A stretch of 63,758 bases of DNA, counting the filler, from Malassezia furfur (Eukaryota): assembly GCA_052055015.1 (NCBI GenBank). It is 5 parts of 5 records of this genome, joined end to end, with 100 filler letters (N's around TTAATTAATTAA, not from the genome) between each part and the next. Parts side by side here need not be neighbours in the genome. Positions count along the whole stretch, not along the records: positions 12,855 to 25,523 come from JBQJIT010000329.1; positions 25,624 to 38,274 come from JBQJIT010000330.1; 3 more parts are not named here. The stretch is one strand, 5' to 3'. The notes beneath the pieces are model-generated. The model made no database searches, was not told the DNA's origin, and saw only the letters and a list, made by a program, of their open reading frames with translations. Position 1 is the stretch's first letter. Each line of letters begins with the position of its first letter. Below are positions 22,989 through 33,278 of the stretch, one piece after another. Both the position numbers and the translations under genes were made by a program.

Positions 22989-24800
22989 ATGGACGGTGCG
23001 CCCAAGCGCCGGCGCGCCGCGGTCGAGGAGGAGTTTGTCTACTCGTACGACGACGATACCTATGAGCCGTATGTACCGGTGAAGCAGCGGAAGCAGCAGG
23101 CGATCGAGCGGCTTGGATTGCGCGCGCGCGCGCCGCGCAAGGAGCCAGACGAGGCAGAAGAAGAAACACCTCCGCCCGTGCACACCTTGCTCCAAGAAGC
23201 GCAGGAGCTGCGGGAGAAGCAACGCGCACTCGGACACGAGCCTACACAGGCCGAACGCGAAGCAGAGGAAGAGCGCAAGATCCTCGAGGCGCACAAGGCA
23301 TCCAAAAAACTGGCGTCGCACGCGGAGTTGGCCCAAGGCATCCAGTACACCGAGCCGCTGCGCCGCAGCTGGACGCCGCCGGGATTCGTGCGCGCACGTC
23401 CTGCAGATCATCACGAGGCGATCCGGCAGCAGCACCATATCCTTGCCGAGGGCGAGCGCATCCCGCCGCCGATCGCTCACTTTCGCGACATGAAACTGCC
23501 GCCGTGTATTCTGTCGTACCTCGCGCAGAAAAACATCCGCACTCCCTCGCCCATCCAAATCCAGGGACTGCCCACCGTCCTGTCGGGCCGCGACATGATC
23601 GGGATCGCCTTCACCGGGAGCGGCAAGACGATCACCTTTACACTGCCCCTCGTTCTCTTTGCGGCAGAAGCCGAGGCGCGCCTGCCTTTTGACGCGAACG
23701 ACGGGCCGCTCGGCCTGATTCTATGCCCCTCTCGCGAGTTGGCACGGCAGACGTATGACAACGTGCTGGCCATGGCCGAGGCGCTCGAGCAGGCTGGGTA
23801 TGCGCGCGTCAAAGCGCTGCTGTGCATCGGTGGCATTTCGATGTCGGAGCAGGCACATACGATGCGCAGCGGTTTCCACATTGTCGTCGCTACGCCAGGG
23901 AGACTGCAAGACTTGCTTGAACAGGGCCGGTTCACTCTGGCATCATGTAACTACGTGTGCCTGGACGAAGCCGACCGGATGATGGAAGGAAGCTTCGAGG
24001 AGAATGTGCGCAACATCCTCGACTTTTTGCAGCGACAGCGCCAGACACTGCTCTTCTCGGCGACCATGCCGAAAAAGATCCTCGACTTTGCTGAGCAGTC
24101 ACTCGTGCAGCCCGTGGTGGTGAACGTGGGCCGCGCAGGCGCTGCGAGCCTGGACGTGATCCAGGAGGTGGAGCTGGTCGCGCCCGAAGCCAAGATGGCG
24201 GCACTGCTCGAGGCGCTGCAGAAAACGGCGCCGCCCGTGATCATCTTTAGCGACAACAAGAACGAGGTCGACGACATCCTCGAGTTTCTCCTGCGCAAGG
24301 GCGTCGACGCCGTGTCGATTCATGGATCCAAGACGCAGGAGGAGCGCGAGTATGCCATCACGTCCTTTAAGCGGGGCAAGCGCGATGTGATGGTCGCGAG
24401 CGGCGTCGCAAGCAAGGGCCTCGACTTTTCGCAGATCCAGCACGTCATCAACTATACCATGCCTAAAGACATTGAGGACTACGTGCACCAGATTGGGCGG
24501 ACGGGGCGTAGCGGCAAGACGGGCATCGCCACGACGTTTGTGCACAAGGGCGTGCCGGAGCCCACGCTGCTTGACCTCAAGTACCTGCTCCTCGAAGCCA
24601 AACAACGGTACGTGTTGCGACTCACCCCCAGGATCCCACCGTTCCTTTTGGAGATCGAGGACACACGTGCGGCGCTCGGCACCCACACGGGCTGTGCGTA
24701 TTGTGGGGGCCTCGGCCACACCATCAAGCACTGCCCCAAACTCGAAGAAACCCAACGCCGCGCTACGTCGCAGATCGGCCGCGATCATGGCGGCTATTAA
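22989..24800 (+). CDS. DDX41: DEAD-box RNA helicase DDX41/Abstrakt with C-terminal zinc knuckle
   Basis: AFTGSGKT, PSRELARQT, LDEADRM, FSATMP, HQIGRTGRSG, CAYCGGLGHTIKHCPKL. In-frame 24-nt intron at 24608-24631. Confidence 0.93.
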   Translation: MDGAPKRRRAAVEEEFVYSYDDDTYEPYVPVKQRKQQAIERLGLRARAPRKEPDEAEEETPPPVHTLLQEAQELREKQRALGHEPTQAEREAEEERKILEAHKASKKLASHAELAQGIQYTEPLRRSWTPPGFVRARPADHHEAIRQQHHILAEGERIPPPIAHFRDMKLPPCILSYLAQKNIRTPSPIQIQGLPTVLSGRDMIGIAFTGSGKTITFTLPLVLFAAEAEARLPFDANDGPLGLILCPSRELARQTYDNVLAMAEALEQAGYARVKALLCIGGISMSEQAHTMRSGFHIVVATPGRLQDLLEQGRFTLASCNYVCLDEADRMMEGSFEENVRNILDFLQRQRQTLLFSATMPKKILDFAEQSLVQPVVVNVGRAGAASLDVIQEVELVAPEAKMAALLEALQKTAPPVIIFSDNKNEVDDILEFLLRKGVDAVSIHGSKTQEEREYAITSFKRGKRDVMVASGVASKGLDFSQIQHVINYTMPKDIEDYVHQIGRTGRSGKTGIATTFVHKGVPEPTLLDLKYLLLEAKQRYVLRLTPRIPPFLLEIEDTRAALGTHTGCAYCGGLGHTIKHCPKLEETQRRATSQIGRDHGGY

Positions 24801-24815
24801 CCCTATCCCTGGCCG

Positions 24816-25417
24816 CTATGGCCGATCGTGAATGTTTTGGCTAAGCCAAGTGAGCCCCTCTACGAGCCCCTCGCCGCTCGTGGCACAGCACGGCTGGACG
24901 AACCAGGTGCGGTCCTGCAGCGTGTTCAGAGCGAGCTTGTCGGTCAGCTCGGAGGGCGAGATGGCGCCAGCGACGTCCTGCTTGTTGGCGAACACAAGCA
25001 GCACGCAGTTGCGCATCTCGCGGTCGCTCAAAATGCGGTGCAATTCCTGCCGCGCCTCGTCGAGCCGTGGCCGATCGCGGCTGTCCACGACAAAGATCAG
25101 ACCTTGGGTCCCTGTATAGTAGTGGCGCCAGAGCGGGCGGATCTTGTCCTGTCCGCCGACATCCTGTACATCAGCAAGGTGCGATGCGCACGTACCCATA
25201 TGTTAAACTTGGTATTCTTGTACGTCACGGTCTCGACGTTGAAACCGACCGTCGGAATCGTCGACACGCTCTTGTGGAGCTTGAGCTTGTACAGGATCGC
25301 TGTGTGTGAGCGCAGTCACCTACTCGTCTTCCCCGAGTTGTCCAGCCCAAGCACGAGGATCCGCAGCTCTCGGCTGCCGAACAGCTTGCCGTTCAGCCGC
25401 GAGAATAAGGCCCCCAT
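24816..25417 (-). CDS. ARF6: ADP-ribosylation factor, Arf6-like GTPase
   Basis: MG myristoylation start, [44 protein letters not shown]. Introns at 25300-25323 and 25164-25195. Confidence 0.88.
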
Positions 25418-25469
25418 CGACGCGCCAAGCACGTCGCGCGCGCCGTCCAACACCTATCACGTGATCACC

Positions 25470-25523
25470 ATGGCCCCCGCGCCGCTCACGCTGCACCAGC
25501 GGTGCTGCGTCGCGAAGCTCGGC
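25470..25523 (+). CDS. Possible 5' stub of a gene cut by contig end (MAPAPLTLHQRCCVAKLG)
   Basis: ATG in CACCATGG context, divergent from ARF6 across a TCACGTGA site. Too short to identify. Confidence 0.3.
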
Positions 25524-25623
25524 NNNNNNNNNNNNNNNNNNNNNNNNNNNNNNNNNNNNNNNNNNNNTTAATTAATTAANNNNNNNNNNNNNNNNNNNNN
25601 NNNNNNNNNNNNNNNNNNNNNNN
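25524..25623. other. Artificial contig spacer
   Basis: N44-TTAATTAATTAA-N44. Confidence 0.98.
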
Positions 25624-25797
25624 GTAGCGCTAGGCGCCGAGATCCGTTTGTGATCTCGTCTAAAATGACCATCCTCCTTGGATTCCGTGTGCGCCGCAAG
25701 GCCCGTCAGCCAGCCAGCCCGGTTTGTCACTGAGGCCGTCGGGGTGCCGTCACGTGGAGGTGTCGTGGGGTTGCTGCGTGTACGCACGCACCACCAC

Positions 25798-26777
25798 ATG
25801 CACGCTCCTCCGCCGCTCCAAGGCACTCTCTCGCTGTACCAGACGGAGCCGAATCCGTTGCCGTACTTTGAGACGAATGCGCATCATCCCAACAAATTCA
25901 TCTTTCTGGCTGGCCTGACCGATACAATCGGTGTCGTGCCCTATCTCCCCCGCTTGGCGGAGGTGCTAGACAAGCTGCAGTATTCGCTTGTGCAGCCGAT
26001 CAAGGGCTCAGATATGGGTGGGTTTGGTCTTTCGTCGCTCGAAGGCGATGCACAGGAGACAGCGCAGCTAATTGAGCATCTCACGACACGCTCACAGCAC
26101 CCGCGCAAGGGCCGCCTCGTCGTGATGGGTCATTCGACCGGGTGTCAGGACGTGGTGCGCCTCTTGTCGCAGGAGCGCAGCCTGTCGCGCAACGGGGGCA
26201 ACCCCAAGATCCACGTGGATGGCGGTATTCTGCAGGCTCCTGCGTCCGACTACGACTACTTCCAGGCAAACAAGACCGAGCAGGATGCCCAGCTGCTCGC
26301 GCTCAGCGAGAAGATGATTGCTGAGCAGCGCGGCGATGCGCTGCTGCCGCGCGACGGAGTCCCCGCGAAGCCCACCTCGCTGGACGGGCGTGGCCCTGGG
26401 AATTCCGACGCGGTGCTGCGCCCCGCGTTCACGGCGTACCGCTACCAGAGCCTGAACGGGGCGCGTGGGGACGACGACTTTTTCAGTGACGACCTGACGG
26501 ACGAGCAGATCTACGCAGCGCTGCACCCTGCGCTGACGCATGCGCCGCTGCTGATGCTCATCGGCGAGAAGGAGTGCGTGTACGAGACTGACGCAGCGAA
26601 TATGTCCCCCCTTCGATCGACAAGGTGAAGCAGATCGCGCGGTACAGCCGTGTGCTGCGCGACGACCCGCTAAGTGTGATGCTGGTGCCCAACGCAAACC
26701 ACAAGGTGGATGATGCCGAGGCACAAGAAAAGGTGTGCGACGCCGTGGCCTACTTCCTCGGCAACCTGAAGGACTAG
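25798..26777 (+). CDS. Alpha/beta-hydrolase, DUF1749 family
   Basis: FLAGLTD, nucleophile elbow GHSTG, ILQAPASD, DDDFFSDDL, GEKDEYVP (after intron 26574-26596), ANH. Confidence 0.88.
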
Positions 26778-26834
26778 CGATAGTATACATGGCGTATCAA
26801 CTAGCGAATCCTACAATACACAAAAAGCGTCTAT

Positions 26835-28649
26835 CTAGTACAATGCGAGCCACGGCGACTGGCACAGTGCATCGATGTCCCAGCGTGTCGTGGGGTCCAG
26901 TTCCAATAGATTCTCAAGCACCTCGCGCGCCTGCATGCGGAACGCGTCCGTATCCAGTTCGGGGTCCGAATGGTAGGGCAGGGCTTCATCAGGAATGTCG
27001 CGCGGCGCGCCGAGCTCGACGCGTTCCTTGCCCGTGCGTAGGCGGAGCGGCAGCTCAAACTCGCCTGCGAGGATCTTGCGCTGGAGTCGGATTTGCATCG
27101 CGTCCACAAATGGGAGCTGCCCGGAGAGCAGCGCGTACAGAATGCACCCCAGCGACCACATGTCGCGTGCAAACGGCGTGTGCAGCTGCTCGGTGATCGG
27201 CGGCGCATGCGACGGGATGTTGGCAGGCACGGGCATGTCAAAGTCGATGTAGCGCACCACCTCGGGCGCCGCGTAAGCGAGCGTCCCACCGAGGCTTGCT
27301 GCGCGGCTCCACGACTCAATGTGCCGGTCGGGCTGTACCTTTTCCGAGAGCCCAAAGTCGGCAATCTTCCATGCGATCGGCGCCGCGGTGTCTTCGCCCG
27401 TGTCCTCCTCGCACGGGAACGCCAAAATGTTTTCGAGTTTCAAGTCGCAATGCACCACGGAGGCAACCTTGTGGAGCGAGTAGAGCCCCGACGCGATCTG
27501 CCGCATGATGTCGCGCGCAATATCGATCGGGATCCCCCGCGAGCGCCGGTGCGCCGAGAGCGAGCGATACAGTGGGCGCTCGCGCGGCATGTCGCGCGGC
27601 GAAGACATCAGCGACGCCGGCTCGGGTGCGCCGGGACTCGACTGCAGCGACGTCGCCAAGCTGCCGTTGCCCGGCGTCCAGCTCGCGGGCTCGAGCGGAG
27701 GAGCGGCCGGCGTACTGCCCGACGCCACACGGCGCGCGGTGCCCAGTGCACGCATGCCCGTCTCCGAGATGGCACCCTCGCGGCGCACAAACTGGAGCAG
27801 GTTGCCAAACGGGCTGTAGTCCATCACGAGGTAGTCGAGTACGCGCTCGTCCGTGCTAGTGCCGCCTGCGCCGGCGATGGGCTCACGCACATTCTCATGG
27901 TGGATGAGCGAGAGCAGGTGTGGGTGGCGTGGGAGCGCGAGCCACAGCTGCAGCTCGGCACTGGTCGCTGGATGCGGCGTGTTGCGGAGCACCTTGATGG
28001 CGACGCGGCCGTCGGTGCCGGTGCCTGGCGCATCGAGCGCCGTGCCCTCGTACACGGTCGAGTGCTCGCCGAACCCAATTGCGCGGCCCAGGCGGTAGTG
28101 TGTGTGCGTTCCAAACACGTAGCCCTCTTCGTCGGCGCGCGGAGCACGTGGGGTGCTGACCGACGGCGTGCGCTCGAGGCTCGAGCGGCTGGACGCGAGC
28201 GACGAGGAGCGCTCCGGGCGGCGATTACGGTGTGTGGACGAGCGGCGCAGGTGCTGCAGCAGGCTGCCGGGCGATGAGTCGAGGTCCGCGGGCGACCCAA
28301 AGCTGCCGTTGAGCGAGCCAAGCCACTGCGCGGCGGGCGAAGGCAGCGTGCAGGACGATGACGCATCCGAGCGCCGCTCTTCCGAGTCGAGCGAGGTAAT
28401 ACTGGTGTCTAGGCGCGGCGGTACGTCCTGTGCATCGTCAGACGCACGTATGGGGGGCGACGTTGGCCGCTCGTCGTGGCCTACAAACGGATCGACGCCC
28501 GTCGACCACGCACGCACGCTGCGGAAGCCGCTTAGGTCATCGAGGCCCATCTGGTCGACGGCATGGCTGGTGTCTTCGATGCTGTGCGCGCTGCGCACGC
28601 TGAGCGGCGAGCCGCGGCGCGGGATGTCGAGCGCACGCCCCCGGCTCAT
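26835..28649 (-). CDS. Ser/Thr protein kinase (CAMK-like; Nnk1/Prr1-like)
   Basis: IGFGEHSTV, VAIK, HCDLKLEN, IADFG, GGTLAYAAPE, DMWSLG. Confidence 0.88.
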   Translation of the reverse strand: MSRGRALDIPRRGSPLSVRSAHSIEDTSHAVDQMGLDDLSGFRSVRAWSTGVDPFVGHDERPTSPPIRASDDAQDVPPRLDTSITSLDSEERRSDASSSCTLPSPAAQWLGSLNGSFGSPADLDSSPGSLLQHLRRSSTHRNRRPERSSSLASSRSSLERTPSVSTPRAPRADEEGYVFGTHTHYRLGRAIGFGEHSTVYEGTALDAPGTGTDGRVAIKVLRNTPHPATSAELQLWLALPRHPHLLSLIHHENVREPIAGAGGTSTDERVLDYLVMDYSPFGNLLQFVRREGAISETGMRALGTARRVASGSTPAAPPLEPASWTPGNGSLATSLQSSPGAPEPASLMSSPRDMPRERPLYRSLSAHRRSRGIPIDIARDIMRQIASGLYSLHKVASVVHCDLKLENILAFPCEEDTGEDTAAPIAWKIADFGLSEKVQPDRHIESWSRAASLGGTLAYAAPEVVRYIDFDMPVPANIPSHAPPITEQLHTPFARDMWSLGCILYALLSGQLPFVDAMQIRLQRKILAGEFELPLRLRTGKERVELGAPRDIPDEALPYHSDPELDTDAFRMQAREVLENLLELDPTTRWDIDALCQSPWLALY

Positions 28650-28717
28650 GCGCGTGGCAAAACGCGCGCAGCGGCGTGGCGTCCCACCACCCCACGTGCC
28701 TCCACGCTTGGCGCGCG

Positions 28718-28906
28718 ATGCCGGTGCCGCGCAAGGCTGCGTCCGGGCGCAAGGGCAAGGGCGCCAAGGTGAGCGCGTACAACGTGTTCATCCGCACGCA
28801 GCTCGCGCAGCTCAAGCACGAGCATCCGGACATGGAGCACCGCGAGCGCTTCAAGCGCGCGCAGCTGCGCTGGGCCAGCGCCCCCGAGAACCCCAAAAAC
28901 CGATGA
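28718..28906 (+). CDS. 62-aa YABBY/HMG-box-like DNA-binding microprotein
   Basis: SAYNVFIRTQLAQLKHEHPDMEHRERFKRAQLRWASAPENPK matches the SAYN.F...I..K...P...H.E.F..A...W pattern. It exactly fills the gap between two minus-strand genes. Confidence 0.8.
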   Translation: MPVPRKAASGRKGKGAKVSAYNVFIRTQLAQLKHEHPDMEHRERFKRAQLRWASAPENPKNR

Positions 28907-28919
28907 CCTACAACGACCT

Positions 28920-31900
28920 CTATTCGAGTACGGCGCGCTCCAGCACGCCGCGGATCTCGCGGCGCTTCTCGAGCCACTTGCGGAAGGAGGGGTAGCCGCG
29001 CTCCTCCGTGAGTGCCGGCGTCGACATGGACATCGACATGGACATCGACAGGTCGGCGTCCCCCGAAAACGAGCGGCCGTGCTTGGACGGCGTGCGCGCG
29101 CCGCTCGTCGAGAAGCTGTCGTCGTCGTGCTCGGGCGCGTGCTGCGCCTGAAGCCGGTCGAAGAGGTAGGAGGCAAAGGCGATGAGATATCCCTGCGTGG
29201 TCAGTCGGGTGGGCGGTACGTACGTAGCGCGCGAGGTAATTGTGGTACACGTGCCGCAGCTGCTGCTGCCGCGGCGAGTGCGGCTCGGCGTTGTCGGCGC
29301 GCAGCTTCATGAGCGAGATGGCCTTGCGGAGGTTTTGGATGGTCTCCATTCGGTCGATCACACGGTCCGTGAGCGCCTTGGCGAGCTTGCCGTTGCTCAG
29401 CACGCCGACGAGCTGCAGGATGCACCGGTACTCGCCCTGCATCAGCAGGTCCTCTTCGCGCAGCACACGCCCCTCGCTATCGGCATGCGCATCGCCGTCG
29501 GCATACGCATCGCTCAAGAAGCGGTGCTGCACGTCGTCGGCGAGCAGCTTGTGGCCGTACTGGTTGATGCTCACGATCAGCGCGGCGATGATCATGCCGC
29601 TCGTCGTGCGTCCACGGCCCATCTGGCAGTTGAACACGGTCATGGCACGCGTGTCGATCGCGAGCTGCACGCGGTCCTCGATCTGGGAGAACACCTGCGG
29701 GACCGGCGCCTGCTCGTCGGTGATCGCCACACGCGCATACTCTACGCGGAAGCCCTCGTGCTGCACCAGCTCATACACCTCGCGCGGCGTCAGGACGTCC
29801 TCGTCGCGCACCGTCTCCCAGATCGGGATGATCTCAAAGTCGCCGCGCTCGGTCTGCACCTCGTCGTGGAGTAGCACACGCCCCTCGCGCTGGTGCGCCT
29901 CTTCGATCAGCTCGCGCTTGAGCGAGCGCTCAATGCGCTCCACCACATCGGTAGTGACGCCCGTCGCCTCGACGTTGGTCAGCGGCTGGTCCGCGAGGCG
30001 CAGCACGTGCGGACGTCCATTGACATACAGCACGGGCTCCTCGCGCAGATTGGTCCACACGGTGCGCTCCGAGCCGCCGGGCCCGGCGCCCATGCGCGTC
30101 AGACCGCGGCGCAGGCCTTCCACGGTCGGCATACCGCACCCCCACGTCTCGCGCGCAGTCGGCAGCTCGTGGGCGGTGTGCGCCTCGGACGCGGCGCCCG
30201 GCTGGACGAGTGGGCTGACGCCGCGCAGGTTGGGCATGCCCTCGACGTGCAGCGGCAGGCCGGCCTTGACGATGCCCGAGAAGAAGTCGGACTTGAGGAT
30301 GGTTTGGGCGCTGAGGATGTTGCCGCTGCGGTTCTGCACGACCTCCTCGACCTCGTCGCTGAGCGCCATGCCGTCGCTCAGATCCATCTTGCGCAGCGGC
30401 GTGATGGTCGCAATGTCGACCTTGTCGAGGTCCTTGGCGATCGTCGCCAGCACGGGCTGGCGCTTGACGAAGCGCTCGAATGTGTTCGAGAGCATCGTCT
30501 CCGGCTTGATGGTCACCAGGTACGCCTGGAAGAGCAGCAGGTGGAAGTAGCGCCGCAGGCCGCGCGTGCCGCTCATGATGTGCCGCTCGCGCTCCTTGTC
30601 GTTCGCGGCGTCCAGCGCCGCGACGCGTGCGTCTTCGATGGTGCGCCGCAGGTTGATGACCGTACTGCACTGGTCGATGCAGTCGTCCACGACCCGCTTC
30701 ACTTCCTGGCCGTGCGGGATAACGCGCAGCAGACTGTTGGTGACGTGGTAGGACAGGCGCTGCGTGGGATGCTCCCCGTTGGGCGCCACGCCGGGCACGG
30801 GCAGCAGCAGGCACCGGTCGCTCCCCGGCCGCACCGCCTGGATCCAGCGCTCAATCAGCAAGATGTAGACGGATACGAGCGTCGTGCGCCCGCGGCCCAG
30901 CTGGCAGTTGACAATGATCGGCGACGACTCCTCGTAGACGTCGAGCACGGTGCTCAGCAAGTCCATCACGTCGGACAGCTCGAGTGACTTCTCCGCAGTG
31001 ATCGGCACGCGGCGGAACACGAGCTGGACGTCGCCCGGGAGCGTGTTGGCCACCTTGTCCATCACGCCTTGCACCGTCTCGACGTCGTTCGGCGACGCAT
31101 CCTCCCATGTCGGCACCACCGTCCCGTCCTCCGTCTCGGTGTGCAGCAGCAGCTTGCCCTCGCTGTGCTCCAGCTCGGCAATCACGTCCTGGCGCAGTCG
31201 GTCCTCGAGCAGCAGCAGACGATCGGGCGTGATCCCACTGTAGTTTTTCATGTTGCGCAACGACAGCTCGCGCTGGCGCAGACAGTACGGCCGGCCACTC
31301 ACGTACACGAGCGGCTCCTCGCGCAGGTTGATCCACGTCACCACCTGCGGCTGCCCGTGGTGCGGCGCGGGCATGTGCTGCAGCACCGAGCCGAGCAGCT
31401 TGTGGATGCCGTCCACCGACGGTTGCCCCGTACCAAACACGTTCGTCTCGGGCACGCGACGGAAGTTGACCGCACCCGGCACCGCTGCATCGGGGTCCAC
31501 CCCGAGGAACTCGCGCCAGACGTCGCGCTTGAGCAGCAGGCCCGAGTGCAGCACAGTGCCGGAACGGTTGTGCACGACAAAGTGCGAAAACTCGTCGCCG
31601 GTCACCTGCGCGCCCTGCCCGGCCACCTCGTCAAATCGCGCCGAAACTGCCGCCGAGCGCGCCGCGAGGTGGCCCGCGTCGTTCTTGCTGATCACCGACA
31701 GGTCCGAAACCGGGTCAAACAGCGACAGGTGCCGGTGCAGCGTGCGGATCCGCTGGATCCCGCGCCAGATCTCGACGCGCTGCTTGAGCCAGGTGACAAA
31801 GCTGTGCTCAAACACGGCCGTACGGCTCTCTTGCACATAGCTCGCAAACGCGATTAGGAAGTAGTACACCTCGAGTGACTTGGCCGCACGGCGCAGGTGG

Positions 31901-33148
31901 TCCTGCGCCTCTTGCTCGTCCATCGCCGCCGTCGAGTAATACAGCCGGTTCTCGAGGATGGACTCGCGGATGTTGATCATGTCCTGGCACGCGTCGATCG
32001 CCACGTCCACAATCGACTTGCACTTGCGCCCCTGGTCCAGCAGGCCACACAGCTGCAAGATAATATTGTATTCGCCCATGTTGGCCTGGCGCAGCGACTC
32101 GAGAAGCACAGGCTGCGCAACCAGCTCGGCGATCGCCGCCCGTGTGTCGCGCATCGAGAGCGATTCCGTGAGTACGTTGACGAGGCGCAGCAGCGACTGG
32201 TTCTGCGCCATACTGTCCTGCATCCGGCGCATCGAGTGCGCGATCCCATTGTTCGGCGCGCGCTGCATCAGTGCATCTTTGTGCGCATTGTACCCGGGAA
32301 TTGCGGGCGCCTCGTCAAACGGATCCGCGCGTGTGCGCAGGATCAGCTGCCGGCGACGCACAATCACCGCGGCAATCATGGCAAACGTCGTGCGCAGCAC
32401 ACCCGCACCGCAGTTTGCCACAAAGCACGTCTTGCGGGGGTCAACACCCTTGATCACTTGTGTATATGCATCCAGGTAGTTGTGTTCTAGCGGCTGGTCG
32501 CGCGCGATTGGCAACCGGCGGTACTGCACGCGCCAGCCATCGTCCTGCATCCACTTCCACACCTCGCGCAGCGTACGCACGTCGTCCTTCTGCACCGCGA
32601 CCCATGTCGGGACCAGCTCCGTGCTTCCGGCCTGCTCCTCGTGCACCAGAAGCATCCCGTTGCACTTTTGCGCCTCGGCCAGGATATCGAGCTTGAGCCG
32701 CTTCTCGATCGCCTCGAGATTCTCGGCACGGTCGCTCAAGCTCAGTGAAGTCTTCGGCTTGTGCGCCTCGCGCAGCACCAGCGGACGGTCGCCCACATAG
32801 ATCACCGGCTCCTCACGGGTACACACCCAAATGCACTGCATTGCCTCGTCGCCCGTGTCCCGCGCATCCGGCTGGCACTGCAGGAAGGTCAGCACTGTCT
32901 TGATGCCGAATACAGTGGGCTGTGCCAAGCCATACACGCCCAGACCGCCCTCCGCCGCACGAAAACACGGCGCACCCTGCAAATTCAGCCGGTCGATCCC
33001 GCGCCGTTCTTGTGCTGCGTCAGATATGCGGCATACCTATCGGACGCTGGTCGACCTTGAGCACCAATCCACGCGACAAGACACTTCCGTGCCGTTCACG
33101 CACGACCGCCCGCTCATTCTGCGCGTAGAACGAGCTCGGATTCGACAT
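28920..33148 (-). CDS. Paladin-like protein with three PTP-like (inositol-phosphate phosphatase/phytase-type) domains
   Basis: Three repeats of (NL)REEP..Y and CX5R loops CGAGVLR, CQLGRGR, CQMGRGR. Introns at 33015-33036 (22 nt) and 29193-29223 (31 nt). True C-terminus is ..FRKWLEKRREIRGVLERAVLE. Confidence 0.88.
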
Positions 33149-33278
33149 GCCGTCCAGCAATCGTATCGCGAACGCGCCTCCACTCCCGGGCGCGTGCGCG
33201 GATTTTGACCCTAACCCCCGATCGGCGCGTAATATCGGGGCCCTGCCAAGAGATGTGTGTTGTTTTCCATCGTGGTGT

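Noticed and set aside
29021..29050. GACAT(G/C) hexamer repeat and the GC-rich palindrome at 31-42
   Set aside because: A short coding microsatellite (SMSMSMS) and a chance palindrome in GC-rich DNA, with no supporting context.
28537..29192. Paladin ORF apparently overlapping the kinase and YABBY genes
   Set aside because: Caused by reading through the 31-nt intron at 29193-29223. The spliced gene stops at 28920.
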